DNA of 64,000 nucleotides, from contig CBFDEM010000053.1 of the NCBI GenBank assembly GCA_965603825.1, positions 1,450,879-1,514,878 of the forward strand, written 5' to 3'. This DNA comes from Blepharisma stoltei ATCC 30299 (lineage: Eukaryota; Protista; Ciliophora). Within the stretch, counting starts at the first letter, position 1; each line of letters opens with the position of its first letter. The translations under genes were made by a program, and so were the position numbers. The notes beneath the pieces are model-generated. The model was not told the origin of the DNA, did no database searches, and saw only the letters and a program-made list of their open reading frames with translations. Positions 12,805 through 24,834 of this stretch are shown here, piece after piece.

Positions 12805-14310
12805 TTAATCCATTAAATTATGCCTCCTGCAATTTGATTTCTTATGAAGAAGCCTTGCATAGATGTTAGAGACTGGAGTGGAGCCTTTTGCAATTCCGCC
12901 AAAAATTAACGCTTCTCTGACAGTAAACATGATAAGTCCAGTTAATGCACATATATCGGTGTATTTTTGAGGGTTCAGGTTTTGCTGGTTTCCAACAACA
13001 AGATTTTCAAGCAAATCGAGGTTTTCTTGGGAAAAATCAAAAGTTTGGATTTTTTCGATAATTACAGTATTGATAGGTTGTCCTTCGTGAGCATCTTTGT
13101 TCTTGATGTCGAGGAAAAAGGCTCGGCATTGTTCCCATGCAGCTGTATCGTCTTCTGGGAGAGTTTGCTTCATTAGTTGGAAGAAAACTCGGAAAGCCCA
13201 AATTACTTGTTTATCTGGGATTGTGTCGAAGTAGAATTTTCCATCTTCCATTGTAGTCAGAAGGCTTAAGGCACTGATTGAGCCTGGAGATAAAATGTAA
13301 GCGCTAGCTTCTGTAAGCTCTTCTTCTTTATAATCAGTTTTCAATTGAGATATAAGGGCTTCGATTTCTTCAAGAGTGTTTGGAATTGGTTCTTCACTTT
13401 TGCATGATTCTTCGCCTTGGCATTCATCGCCGCTTGGAACTGCTTTCACTTCTTCAACAGCAACTTCTTTTTTCTCTTCTTCAATTTTTGGGTGCTTTTT
13501 TTCTGGCTGTTTTTTCTTTTCTTCTAGCTTTTTCTTAATTTCTTCAGGATTTCTCTTTGGCTCTGCTCTACTTTTCTTTTCTTCCTCTGCCTTTTTCTTT
13601 GCTTCTTCAAATTTCTTTTTATCTTCTTCAGATTTCTTTTTGTTTTCTTCAGCTTTTTTCTTTTCCTCAGCCTTTTTAAGTTCTAATGCTTTTTTTGCTT
13701 CAGCTTTTTTACTTTCTTCTTGTTGTTTCTTAGCAGCTTCAGCTTTTTTCTTATTTTCAGCTTCTTGCTGTTTAAATTTGGCCTCCTCTTCTTTTTTCTT
13801 TTTCTCCTCATCTGCAATTCGCTTTTTCTCAGCCTCAAGTAGCCTTTTCTTTTCTTTGGCTTCCTCGTCTTTTTTCTTTTTTTCTTCAGCATTTCTAGCC
13901 TGTTCTTTCTTTTTCTCTTCCATCAATTGCTTTTTCTTTAAATCATCTTCTTCACGTTTTTTCTTTAAATCATCATCGCGTAACTTTTTGGCTTCTTCTT
14001 TCTTTTTTCGGTCTTCCTCAAACTTCTTTTTGCTTTCTTCATTGCCAGTTGATGGACGTGGAGCTAATTGAACTGTTCTTCCGATACTGGCCCTAGTTGT
14101 GCTTGGTCTTTTTGGTTCTTTTTCAGCAAGATTATCAAGATTTATGCTAAGACCTGGTTTAAGCTTTGCTGGTTTTTCATTATGTTCAGCAGATAATTTT
14201 TGGAGCAATTCTTCAATTAATAAGCGCTGGCTTTTCACAGTTGAATGAAGATCTTGTAGCTTTTCATCGATCATGTGCTCAATTCCTGCTTGTATCTCTG
14301 TCCACTCCAT
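12805..14310 (-). CDS. K/E-rich charged-helix protein with globular C-terminus
   Basis: 501-aa ORF with long EEKKK/AEE low-complexity tract. Confidence 0.8.
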   Translation of the reverse strand: MEWTEIQAGIEHMIDEKLQDLHSTVKSQRLLIEELLQKLSAEHNEKPAKLKPGLSINLDNLAEKEPKRPSTTRASIGRTVQLAPRPSTGNEESKKKFEEDRKKKEEAKKLRDDDLKKKREEDDLKKKQLMEEKKKEQARNAEEKKKKDEEAKEKKRLLEAEKKRIADEEKKKKEEEAKFKQQEAENKKKAEAAKKQQEESKKAEAKKALELKKAEEKKKAEENKKKSEEDKKKFEEAKKKAEEEKKSRAEPKRNPEEIKKKLEEKKKQPEKKHPKIEEEKKEVAVEEVKAVPSGDECQGEESCKSEEPIPNTLEEIEALISQLKTDYKEEELTEASAYILSPGSISALSLLTTMEDGKFYFDTIPDKQVIWAFRVFFQLMKQTLPEDDTAAWEQCRAFFLDIKNKDAHEGQPINTVIIEKIQTFDFSQENLDLLENLVVGNQQNLNPQKYTDICALTGLIMFTVREALIFGGIAKGSTPVSNIYARLLHKKSNCRRHNLMD

Positions 14311-14706
14311 TTTTTATAATTAATCATAACGTATATCATCCCGAAATTTTAAGGGAAATAAAATTTAAATTAAAATCACTTAATATAGATTTGAGAAAAT
14401 GGTTAATCAAGTATCAATTTAAATTAGAATTTAAAAAATAAAATGGAAGAAATACATGAGCTTTTGATTAAAATTTGTTTGAAATGAATTATATGAGAAA
14501 GATGGTAATTTTAACATTTAAAACTTATGAAGCGCCAGAATTTATTTTCTTAATAGTTTCGAATAAAAATTATTTAAAAATCACTTTGAAATTATGCTTG
14601 CTCAAATCCTTAATGAATAAATTCTCCACAAGACGAGTTTCCTTACTTCCCAATATGTGACGTCACAGAAAATTTTAAATCTCGACGATAATAATACCAT
14701 CCATAC

Positions 14707-15444
14707 ATGGTTATAGAGAGCCGTCAAAGACCCAGCCGCATACAAGCAATTTTATTAATCCTTTTTGCATTATGCCCATTGCCATGTATAGCATTCGGTC
14801 TCTACTATTATCACAATGCATGGCTGACTATAATTCTCTTCCACATTGTGCTGGCTTCTCTTCCTCTAGCTTATAAGGTATTATTTACTGATGCCCATCT
14901 CCTTGATTATACAGCAGGCGAGCTAAAAGATCCATTAAGAGAGTTACTGTACGGGCTTTGTGCCTCCACAGCGATTGTTTTATTTGTAATGGGTCCCGTC
15001 ACCTTTGTGTTCTTAAAATATAAGCCTTTCTTCCTCTGGATTATGGGGCTGGAAGGGATGGTTTGCAATGATTTTGCTATGGATTGTGAAAACATTTTAA
15101 ATCCTTTGCTCTTTGCTGTGTATTTTTCTATCGTCAATCCGGGAATTGAAGAATGCTTCTGAAGGGTGTTTTTGGTAAAAAGTTTACCAGCAGACTATAA
15201 GTGGATTATCTCAGCCCTGTATGCGAATTATCACTTTGTAAGAGTTATTTAGTTCGTTTGCATAAGATTTGTGGGAATTTATCAGTCGATTTTAGGATTT
15301 ACCGTAACTTTTGCAGTTGGCATATTAATGCAAGAACTGAAAGAAAGATACGGACTATTAACTGTTGTCTGTGGGCACATGGCGTTTGATTTGTGTGCTA
15401 TGGTAAGAGATATGTAGATGGTTTGGGGTCTTATATTATACTAA
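14707..15444 (+). CDS. CPBP/Abi (type II CAAX protease-like) membrane protease, ~235 aa, two introns
   Basis: NPGIEECF*R gives the EExxWR motif with UGA=Trp; YANYH and GHMAFD histidine motifs; introns 15238-15252 and 15403-15417. Confidence 0.8.
15238..15252 (+). other. 15-nt intron (GTAAGAGTTATTTAG)
   Basis: GT..AG ending in an in-frame TAG; frame continues to the last His motif. Confidence 0.85.
15403..15417 (+). other. 15-nt intron (GTAAGAGATATGTAG)
   Basis: GT..AG with in-frame TAG; hydrophobic tail continues for 8 codons. Confidence 0.65.
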
Positions 15445-15480
15445 GGCTTTTATAAAATAGATTTAAATAATGTGTTGGAT

Positions 15481-15738
15481 TTAAACATTAGGGACTCCTT
15501 CTGCACGTTCTAAGTTGACGTAGTTTATGGAATTCACGAATTTTGAATGGGTTCGGACAGTCTTTCTGTAGCAGCGATCTAAACATCCTTTTTCTTCATC
15601 ATTAAGGGATTTATCATATAGAGAGGTGATGCATTCATCAAAGCAGGCAGACATCATTTTATTATAGCTTCTGATTTCAGAAATGATATATTGGCCTGGA
15701 TCTCCTCCTTGTCCTACGAACTTCAATACTGATTGCAT
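15481..15738 (-). CDS. Small Tim (Tim9/Tim10 family) mitochondrial chaperone
   Basis: Twin CX3C: CFDEC...LNDEEKGCLDRC. Confidence 0.85.
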   Translation of the reverse strand: MQSVLKFVGQGGDPGQYIISEIRSYNKMMSACFDECITSLYDKSLNDEEKGCLDRCYRKTVRTHSKFVNSINYVNLERAEGVPNV

Positions 15739-15853
15739 ATTTATATTAAATAACCATTTAGGAACGCATTTTATTAGGGTTTCTATTGAGAATCATATAA
15801 AATTAAGATCAAAAGTTTTAGATTGGTTCTGGATTAATTATAAGACAATATTC

Positions 15854-16162
15854 TTACTTCTTCAGGAGGCTTCCAGCTACGATCGTTATTTCTCTAATTG
15901 TATAGTCTGTAACAAGCCGATTAACTACATATGGATCATTTTGAGCATAGTCTTTAATCATTTTTTCCTCTCCCTCGAATAAAAGTACTCCAGTGTCGAT
16001 TGGATTTTGCAAAGCTCCTATCAAAACTAAACCTCTTGGCTCATATGCTCTTGCATGAGCGATATGAGCATCTCTGTAAGGAGCTCTTTTGTCAACCATT
16101 CCTTCTACATACTTGTATGTCAACAAAAAGTGCTTGAATCTTCTAGCTTGAAATCCTAACAT
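15854..16162 (-). CDS. YCII-related domain protein
   Basis: RAPYRDAHIAH, GAL, NDPYV; possible mitochondrial presequence. Confidence 0.85.
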   Translation of the reverse strand: MLGFQARRFKHFLLTYKYVEGMVDKRAPYRDAHIAHARAYEPRGLVLIGALQNPIDTGVLLFEGEEKMIKDYAQNDPYVVNRLVTDYTIREITIVAGSLLKK

Positions 16163-16460
16163 TTATATTGAGTTTTTCGAAATGAAATACAACCACTATT
16201 TTTTTAATCATTTTGTAACATGAAATTAAACAATTGTTTATTTGAGTTAAAATCAGCACTATTATTAAATTTTGTAAATTGAAACAGCATTAATTATAAA
16301 ATATTTTAAAATTGTTATTTTTTTTTCAAAAATTAAAAATAAATCAAATTCAAGCTAAACTATAATCTGCCTCTCATTTAATAGGAATTCTTAAAATATT
16401 AAGGAAGGAAGAAGTAAACTTGCTTTCTCAATTTTGATCCAAAATGGTTTTTTTAAAAAT

Positions 16461-17441
16461 ATGTACCGACGAGTTGAAAATCGAGACGATGCTATGAAAA
16501 ATTTCTACACAATCATTGAACAGCTTGGTGAAGGGACTTTCGGAAAAGTCTGAAGAGCTGTAAATAAATCAACTGGTGAGGAGTTTGCTATTAAGTCTAT
16601 TGATAAATCCAAGCTTGGCCAAGATGAAATTACAAATCTGCAGCTTGAAATTGACATAATCTCTCAAGTGGACCACCCAAATATTGTTCGCACTTACGAA
16701 GTCTTTGACGAGCCTAGATATTTGAATTTTGTCATGGAAATTATGAGCGGTGGCGAACTATTCGAAAAAATCGTTGAAAAAGATCATTACAGCGAAAAAG
16801 AAGCTGCAGATACCATTCGTCCAGTTGTAGAAGCAATTAAATACTGCCACGATATGGGAATTGTTCATAGAGATTTAAAACCAGAAAATCTCTTGCTTTC
16901 ATCAGCAGATGAAGGTGGAATCTTAAAAATCACAGATTTTGGCTTGGCACGATTTTACGATGACGATTTAATGACGACTGCTTGCGGAACCCCTGGCTAT
17001 GTTGCCCCAGAAATAATTGAAGCCCGAGGTTATGGTCTAGAAGTCGACTATTGGAGCGTGGGGGTCATTTTGTATATAATGCTGTGTGGATTTCCCCCTT
17101 TTTTTGAAGATAATAATGAGAAGTTGTTTGACATGATTAAAAGAGGACAATATGAATTCACATCGCCTTATTGGGATGATATTTCTAGCATGGCAAAAGA
17201 TTTAATTTCAAACTTGCTACAAGTTAATCCTAGACAACGATTTAATGCAGAAGAAGTTTTAAGACATCCATGGATGACTGGAGAAAACACACCTCGCACG
17301 AATATGCCTGAGGTTAGTATGAAGATAAGAGAATTTAATACAAGGAGAAGATTCAGAAAAGTTGGAAATGCAGCGGTTGCATCAGTGAAACTAATTCATA
17401 TTGCTCATGAGAAGCATCGAGAAGAGTATGCAAATTATTAA
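16461..17441 (+). CDS. CaMK1-like Ser/Thr kinase (~326 aa)
   Basis: ATG 16461; GEGTFGKV*R (TGA 16551-16553), HRDLKPEN, DFG, CaM-binding FNTRRRFRK. Confidence 0.92.
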
Positions 17442-17720
17442 AGAATTTTATTAGAAATTAGAAAATAAAAACAATAAGACAATGCTTCTCTTGCATTCAT
17501 ATGCATTTTCTGATACTCTATTTTTTTGTTATTTCCCTCTTTATTCATATCTTATAAACTCCAATTTCTTGATTTTTTTTTTAAAAACTTCTTCCAATAA
17601 AACTCACAAAATTTTGATACTTTTTGATACAATTGTCCTCTATTCTACTAAGAATTCAATTTATTTTATCAATATTATTTTCTTCTTTTGTTACTGTTAA
17701 ACTCATTCGTTAATAGTAAA

Positions 17721-19283
17721 ATGCAGTCAAATAATTCAAGAGGTAAACTTTTCACCTTTAGCGGCCACTACTCAGATAAAAGCAATAAGCTTCCTCAACG
17801 TGAAGTTGCAAGCCCTTTAAATATTTCTACCCCAAAACCTTCATCAAAAAGACCATCTTCAGCTGCAAATGCCCATACAGCAGAAAACATTATTGAGTTA
17901 ATAAGAAAACTAAATGCACAGCCTGTGACTAATGAAAATGAGCCAAAAACAATGACATCTGGAGAATACAGAAAATTTCTGGAATCACAAGCTAAAAACT
18001 TAGGAAAAAATACACAAAACTCTGCATCGAGCATTCCTGTAAGGAGGGCCAGTTTAACGAGAACTACTCCTCCTACAGCATTAATTAAGCAAGACGACAA
18101 AAACGTAATTAGACACAATACTGTATTATTATCCGGAAAACCACCTTCAGGCAGAAAAATTCCTGCAAGGCAAGAAATTAAGCTTGAATTACCTCCTAGA
18201 TCTCCATTAGGCCCTAAGACAATTTCAGCTATTTTATCGGCAAAAGAAAACTCTTTACCAATTACTAGCCCAACTGATCAAAAGCATAATGGAAAGATTG
18301 AAGACTATAAAGTCGACAAACAAATAGGCCAAGGAGCCTATGCAATTGTAAAATATGCTGTTCATACCCCCACAAATAGAAAAGTTGCATTCAAAACTTA
18401 TGAAAAAATAAAATTATTAGACTCAAATAGAAAGAGAAATGTTATGAGAGAGATTGATATTTTAGCGATGCTAGATCATCCTAATATTGTAAAATTATAT
18501 GAAACAATTGATACTACAAGACAGTTACATATTGTCATGGAATATGTATCTGGGTGCTCTTTGCATGGATATCTTAAGAGAAAGCCTAATAGAAGATTAG
18601 AAGAAAATGAAGCGAAAAGAATAATCAAACAAATTTTGTATGCGATGGAATATTGCCATGGCAAAAATGTGGCACATAGAGATATAAAACTAGAAAATTT
18701 GTTGCTAGACGAAAAAAATGATGTAAAAATCATTGATTTTGGTTTTGCAACTTGCTTTCCAAGCGAGAAAAAAGTCAAAATTTTCTGTGGAACTCCAAGC
18801 TATATGGCTCCAGAAATAGTCGCAAGAAAAGAATATGCTGGACCTCCGGTTGATATCTGGGCTATTGGTATTTTAATATTTGTTCTTTTATGTGGACATT
18901 ATCCATTCAAAGGAAACGGTGACAAAGATCTCTACCGAAAAATACAGCAAGGCCAGTTTATTGTTCCTCAGCATGTTTCTTCTATGGCTAAAAGCTTGAT
19001 TACCCGGATTCTAAAAGTTGATCCAGCTAAGCGACCTAAAGTGTCAGAAATCTTGCAAGATCCTTGATTTGCAAGCCAAAATAGCTTTACAATGTCAACA
19101 GAAGATTCCCTTCTTGCATCGACAAACAATCATGCCTGCTCTATCAATGGTGATATATTAGATTTTGACATAACCTGCAGCACAGTAATTTCTATTCAGA
19201 AAAAAATTGGGGATTCCCAATCGCCATCCCATGCTTTCCCTGCTAAAGAAACCCTTGCCAGTTTTCCTCATTCTCATAACTAA
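17721..19283 (+). CDS. MARK/AMPK-related (CAMKL) kinase (~520 aa)
   Basis: GQGAYAIV, HRDIKLEN, FCGTPSYMAPE; QDP*F with UGA=Trp at 19065-19067 continues in frame to TAA 19283. Confidence 0.88.
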
Positions 19284-19382
19284 ATTTCTTGCTTGTATGT
19301 ATATAATTTTCCTATCAAACCTAAAATTTCCTATTGACACTAAAATTGCATTGTAAACCTCTCATAATCCATATTTTAAAGG

Positions 19383-19835
19383 ATGGTCATCAACACTGAG
19401 ACATGCTCTTTCAGCGAAATGAAAGTTTGGCCAGGACGTGGAAGCCGCTTTGTGACAAAGGACGGGAAAATCCACATGTTTATTGGGTCAAAAGTGAGAT
19501 GTCTTTTCCATCAAAGAGTGAAGCCTGTAAAGCTTACATGGACACAGACTTGGAGACGTGAAAATAAGAAAGGAAGAGTTGAGACTATCAAGAAAAGAAG
19601 AGTCCGCAAGGTTGGAAAGATCCAAAAGGCCTATGTTGGAGCCACTTTGGATGATATTAAGAGAACCAGAGAAGAAAAACCAGAATTGAGACAGGCTAAA
19701 AGAGAGCAGGCTATTAGAGAAATCAAGGAAAGACAAAAGAAGCAGCAAGCACAACACCAGAAGTTCGAAAAACAGCCTAAACAAGCGGCTCCTAAGGTGA
19801 TTAAGACAAAGGGAAAAAGAAAGGGACCTTCATAA
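19383..19835 (+). CDS. RPL24: 60S ribosomal protein L24 (eL24)
   Basis: ETCSFSEMKVWPGRG, KLTWTQTWRR. Confidence 0.95.
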   Translation: MVINTETCSFSEMKVWPGRGSRFVTKDGKIHMFIGSKVRCLFHQRVKPVKLTWTQTWRRENKKGRVETIKKRRVRKVGKIQKAYVGATLDDIKRTREEKPELRQAKREQAIREIKERQKKQQAQHQKFEKQPKQAAPKVIKTKGKRKGPS

Positions 19836-20088
19836 GCTAACTTTTTAACACCCATAAATTGAAATAACAAATAATAAGAAATGTTGGAAGAGGCTAAAAT
19901 AAATCACTGATAAGTATGCTAATGCAAGCTTAGATCTTACTAATAGTATGTAAAAACTATGTAATATATTATACAACCCTAATCCATAATAATTAAACTG
20001 CTTATAAAAGTGTTTAATTCAAAGAAATATTTTGATTCATCTAAATATGAAAAATGCAAGCAAAATTTTTTTTTGAATTTCGTTATCT

Positions 20089-21492
20089 TTAAAAGTCATC
20101 ACCCCGACTAAGGACCTCTTTGCAAGTTGGTCTGATGATAAAAGTATGCTCCATTTGAGATACATAGCTTCCACGAACATCACAAAGTGGAGGATAAGGA
20201 ACCACGATTCCTGCATTCACAAGATTTCTCAGTGGCAAAATATGTTTTGTCTCTCCATCCCTCTGCAATTGGCGTCTGCTCCAAGGCAAGGTTCCATATT
20301 TCTTTTCAATATGTCTTAGCAAACCTCTGGCTTTATTGTCACGCAGTGGAATAGGTTTGCCAAAAAGATCAAAATCTATCATGTAATGTGAGCATTCTAA
20401 ATCATCATGGACTAAGCCTTTTCCAGTGCTTCCGAAAGTCTCAATTGCATACAACTCCCCTTCTTCCATCTTAGTCTGATCATTATTTTTCACAATTTGG
20501 ACGCTTTTTCCTCCGTGAATGTGGAATGGTCCAATGCTGTGCCCATTAAGGTTACGGATTGCCTTTATTGGGTAAGTTCTTCCATCAAGCTCAATTTCGT
20601 AGCTTTCTAAGGCTTCTTGGATTGCACCTCCGATCTCTGAAAATCTAGCGTCGACACCAGCATGCTTTACACCTTCATTTGTGGCATCTTGTGTGGCGTG
20701 GACTAAGTTGTCGAATTTTGGATTAAAAGCGACAGTAAAGGCACAGTCAATGATTCTTCCACCAACATGTGTCCCGAAATCGACTTTGCATACATCGTCG
20801 TAGCCTAAAGTAACTTTATCACCAGGATTAGGTGTGAAATGGGCAGCTACATAGTTTAAGCTGCAGCCTGTTGGAAAACCAACGCCAGCCTCAATTCCAT
20901 CCCCTTCCAATAAAACTCTTGAATAATTTTCAAGCTCTTCACAAAAATCATGCAGATCAAGGCCAGGCTTCAGCACGCTCTGTGCCCATCTTCTAATCTG
21001 TCTATGAGCTTCCGCACCCTTTCTTAGAGCTTCGTAGTCATAAGAATGCAGTCTTTCTAATTCGCGCTTTTCTTCGCTTGTAGCTCTATAGGCATTATCA
21101 CCTGAGTATTCACATATTTCGCCTATAGGGAAGTTATTGTTGGGAAATTGCTGACTAATCGGAATTGATGGTGGATTGGTTTGCATGTAATTAGGATTAT
21201 CATTCCAGTTTTTTAGGAGACGTATGTGAGAGTTATCTTGGAAGCGATTTACTGTGGCAACTACTGGGGCTGCTGATTCTTTGGCAGGCTTTTTACGATT
21301 TCTTTTCTTTTTCTTTTTAGCTGGGGCAGCATCTTTAGATTCTTCAGGATTTGGGTCTTTGGATTCTTCTGTGGATGCAGGATCTGGTTGCTCTTGAACT
21401 GCTGGAGAAGTATTTTCAGGTTCGGCTAAGGATTTTTCTGCTTCTACCTCTGAAAGAGTTTTGGCTGAATCATGTTGATTCTCACTTTCCAT
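20089..21492 (-). CDS. METAP2: Methionine aminopeptidase 2
   Basis: [28 protein letters not shown]; poly-K N-terminus. Confidence 0.96.
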   Translation of the reverse strand: MESENQHDSAKTLSEVEAEKSLAEPENTSPAVQEQPDPASTEESKDPNPEESKDAAPAKKKKKRNRKKPAKESAAPVVATVNRFQDNSHIRLLKNWNDNPNYMQTNPPSIPISQQFPNNNFPIGEICEYSGDNAYRATSEEKRELERLHSYDYEALRKGAEAHRQIRRWAQSVLKPGLDLHDFCEELENYSRVLLEGDGIEAGVGFPTGCSLNYVAAHFTPNPGDKVTLGYDDVCKVDFGTHVGGRIIDCAFTVAFNPKFDNLVHATQDATNEGVKHAGVDARFSEIGGAIQEALESYEIELDGRTYPIKAIRNLNGHSIGPFHIHGGKSVQIVKNNDQTKMEEGELYAIETFGSTGKGLVHDDLECSHYMIDFDLFGKPIPLRDNKARGLLRHIEKKYGTLPWSRRQLQRDGETKHILPLRNLVNAGIVVPYPPLCDVRGSYVSQMEHTFIIRPTCKEVLSRGDDF

Positions 21493-21772
21493 TTTGTTAA
21501 TTGTATGATTTAAGGATGGAGATACGGAGATGGCTTTTATTTGAAAAAAATATAATTAACCTTATTAAAAATAAGGATTGCTATTTAGGCTATAATTTTT
21601 AAATATTTTGATCTAGATCCATATTATATTTTGAGTTAACCTTTATTACAACGAACTTTAAATTTTGCTTGGTCAATATAAGCATTAAGCTAGAAAGCTT
21701 AAAGCTGGTATTCTTCTTACACAGCACAAATTAAATTTATCATGTTTGAATAATATAATTCCATTTATTTTC

Positions 21773-22102
21773 TTAATTGTCGGATTTATACTTCTTTAGC
21801 GTCCCTTGGCTTATTCTTTCCTGAAGCTCATTTACTCCTCCAATATACAGTCCTTCTACAAAGACATAAGGAAACCCTTCTTTGTGTGTATAATTTTTAA
21901 GGTCTTCTTTTATTTTATTAGTCCTCTTACTCACCTCAATTACTTTGAAATTTACACCTTCAGAATATAGTTTCATTTTGGCATCTAATGAAGTTGAGCA
22001 TCCAGTTTTACTGAAAATCAAAACGCTATTGTTTGAAATTTCTTTTGCAATTGAAAAATCGCCTTCTGTGTTCTCCACTGCAGAACAACAATAAGCACCC
22101 AT
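21773..22102 (-). CDS. Glutaredoxin, monothiol-like, with N-terminal MGAYCC
   Basis: VLIFSKTGCSTS, PYVFVEGLYIGG. Confidence 0.8.
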   Translation of the reverse strand: MGAYCCSAVENTEGDFSIAKEISNNSVLIFSKTGCSTSLDAKMKLYSEGVNFKVIEVSKRTNKIKEDLKNYTHKEGFPYVFVEGLYIGGVNELQERISQGTLKKYKSDN

Positions 22103-22195
22103 TTTGCTTATCAAAATTATTTGATTTTCGTCTCCATAGTTTTTATAAAATGATCTTATTAAGCAATTTTAAATAATTTTCTAAATTTTTGTAAT

Positions 22196-23071
22196 ATGAA
22201 CCTTTTTTTAATTATAATCAATATGATGAACTATAAAAGAATCAGTTTATTATTGCTATGGCTTACCTTAGCAGTTAATGGCTTTCCTCTATATGATGGC
22301 ATTGAACTAGGTTGGTCTTACCCAACTAATGAAACAGTTTCTTTTAACCTTTCAGTTCCTGTAAGCCTCATTGAGCAAAATGCTATTTCATTTCTATTTC
22401 TAGCTATTAGACCTACGAATCAGGCTACAAATTCAAGCTACATGGACGTAGTATTGGTAAATTTTACGAATGATTCAATTGAAGATGAGTTTCCAAACGA
22501 AAGAGGGTTTCCTCAGCTGGACAAAGAATTAAATGGGACTGACGATTTATTCGATAAATCTGCAGAAATTGCAGGAGAAAATAAATATTTCACCTGGAGT
22601 CGAAACTTTTTTTCAAACGATACAAAAGACATCAGCTTGATTCCTGGGCAATTATATGCACTTTTATGGGTTTATGGAAATATTAGTGCAAATTGAACAT
22701 TCACGATAACTAAATCTGGATCTCAGCCTATAACGTTTCATAATAGTAGAATTCTTTATGGCGAAGATAAAGGCCCTATGGGCGATCATCACGGAGGTAA
22801 TCAAGGTGATCAAGGTGATCATGGTGATCATAGAGGAGATGGAGATAAAAATAATAATGATACAGATCAAGCAAATGGTAGTGGTTTTCAAGATAATGAT
22901 GACTATGACTTTGACGATGATGGCTACCAAGGCAATAGTGATGATGATTCTGATAATGATTATGATTATGATGAATCTGGAAATAAAACCTTGAGAGTAA
23001 ATCCACTTCTATCCGGATCAATTGAAAGATTTCTAATGCCAATATGGATTCTATCAATATTTTTAGTTTAA
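22196..23071 (+). CDS. Secreted/surface DOMON-like protein with D/G/H-rich tail and hydrophobic C-terminus (~291 aa)
   Basis: Signal peptide; MDVV, IEDEF..PQLD..GTDDL, FTWSR, LLWVYG fit a DOMON pattern; joined across TGA 22694-22696. Confidence 0.65.
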
Positions 23072-24369
23072 TTATTTTTCAATTGCCATAAAATTTAAAT
23101 TGTCTAAGCATAAGGAGATCGAATTAGGAATAATGAGTGATTTAGTTTATAGGTAAACTCTGCTGCTTTTATTATATTTAATTTTATTAAAGAATTTGTT
23201 GAAATCAAATAAATTAATGGATCATCTCTTATTAAAATAATTTAAGAATACATTAAGTTTATTTTTTATTGATGACTACTATAGCTTTAGATATTAAGCC
23301 TGCATTGATTATTAATGCTTTTCACAAAAATATGCAAGCATTTATTTCATTTAATATTTATGGTAGTATTTCAATGTATGTCAAATAAATGAAACTGCAA
23401 GATTCCATGACTACGAGTAAGCATTAAGAAAAGGGGAAAAGAAAGTAATTAGGAGCTATAGGATATTAAAGCAGCTTATAATAAAACCAACTCTTGCTTG
23501 TGCATTATCAGAAGTGTATCAGATTCTTAATTTATAGTATTTTACTGTTTACAGATTAATCACTAACTAAAATTATAGCTTTATGACAAATCAAAGACAT
23601 AAAATATTATTTATTCAGTATTTTTACTATCAAGACATCTTGCATGAATATACTTTGTCAAATTTATATTTTTACATGTAAAATTTAAAGAAGCCAACTT
23701 AAGCATTCTCCTTTTCAATTAAAATTTGAAACAAACTTGGTGGAGGCTATTGAAATAATAAAAAAGCAATTTTTTTTAAATTAAAATAATCATATGCTTA
23801 ATTTTTGTGACTCAAACCTCACTGCATAATTACAGGCCAAAGCAAGGCCGTTCTCATAATCTTACTTGGACTATTTCTAAAATTATTATACTCACAGATT
23901 TGCTTATCTTTTTATTAGTTTGAATTTTGCCATACTATAAAAGCTTAGATAGAAACCTCTATATCATAGTTCTGAGTTCAAATGACTTTATCTTAATTAT
24001 GGAGCGATAAAAGGAGCATTTTCCTGTGTTTATGCTATGGAATTTAAAGAATAAATATTATAAATGAGGTTTTTTAAATAGATCTAAAGATTTGATCATA
24101 GATGCTACTTTCTAAAAGCTCAAAGTAAGTTTATGTATAGCCCTGAATCATTTTTGATCCTTCAAGCTAGTCGATTTTACGCTTTTGGCCAATATATTAA
24201 TGATAGAAAACGTAACCATCAAATGGGCTAAGGCCAAATTTCTTTGGAAACTTACCAAACCCAAATGATTGTTATACTTTTGGTGGATTAAAGTCCAAAA
24301 GCTTTTAAGATAATCCATAAGGTGCTCGAGTTATAAAATTAATTTAAATATAATAAAGATTATAATAAA

Positions 24370-24834
24370 CTAATATTCAATAGCAGCTTTAAACAACAAG
24401 CCTCCTAATCCCAAATTATTATCGACGATAATGTGCAAGTAATTATCTCCTTGAACAGTTTTTGAAAGCATATCAATTTCAGTTAAAAAGTGGGAGGTTT
24501 CGGATTTCATCGCTACTAGCCTTCCATTAAGGAATATGGTAAAATTGTCATCACCGGAAATTGTAATGTAAGATTTAGTAGGAATTCCAGGAACAGTAAA
24601 GAACCTCATAAATAGCGCAACTCCAGGTGTTACATTATCCGTCTTATCTCAAATTCAATTTGATCCATACATAGTTGGTCAATCTAGAGAAATCTCTGCA
24701 GGTATCACTGCTTCAACTTTTTGGCCGGATTGAAATGTATATACAGCCCCATCACTAACGAAACTCAAAGTTGTTGCAGATATTTGTTGGCATAACAAGA
24801 AACATAAAACTAGAAAAGATAAGAGTTTAGACAT
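24370..24834 (-). CDS. Secreted lectin-like beta-sandwich protein, copy 1 (divergent, 154 aa)
   Basis: ATG 24834, signal peptide, VSD, GSN*I*D (=WIW), GDDNFTIFLNG, GGLLFK. Confidence 0.75.

Noticed and set aside
13376-14071. 231-aa F/S-rich ORF on +
   Set aside because: Antisense shadow of the K/E-rich tract; the same applies to 502-999, 8597-9331, 37427-37960 and 40284-40883
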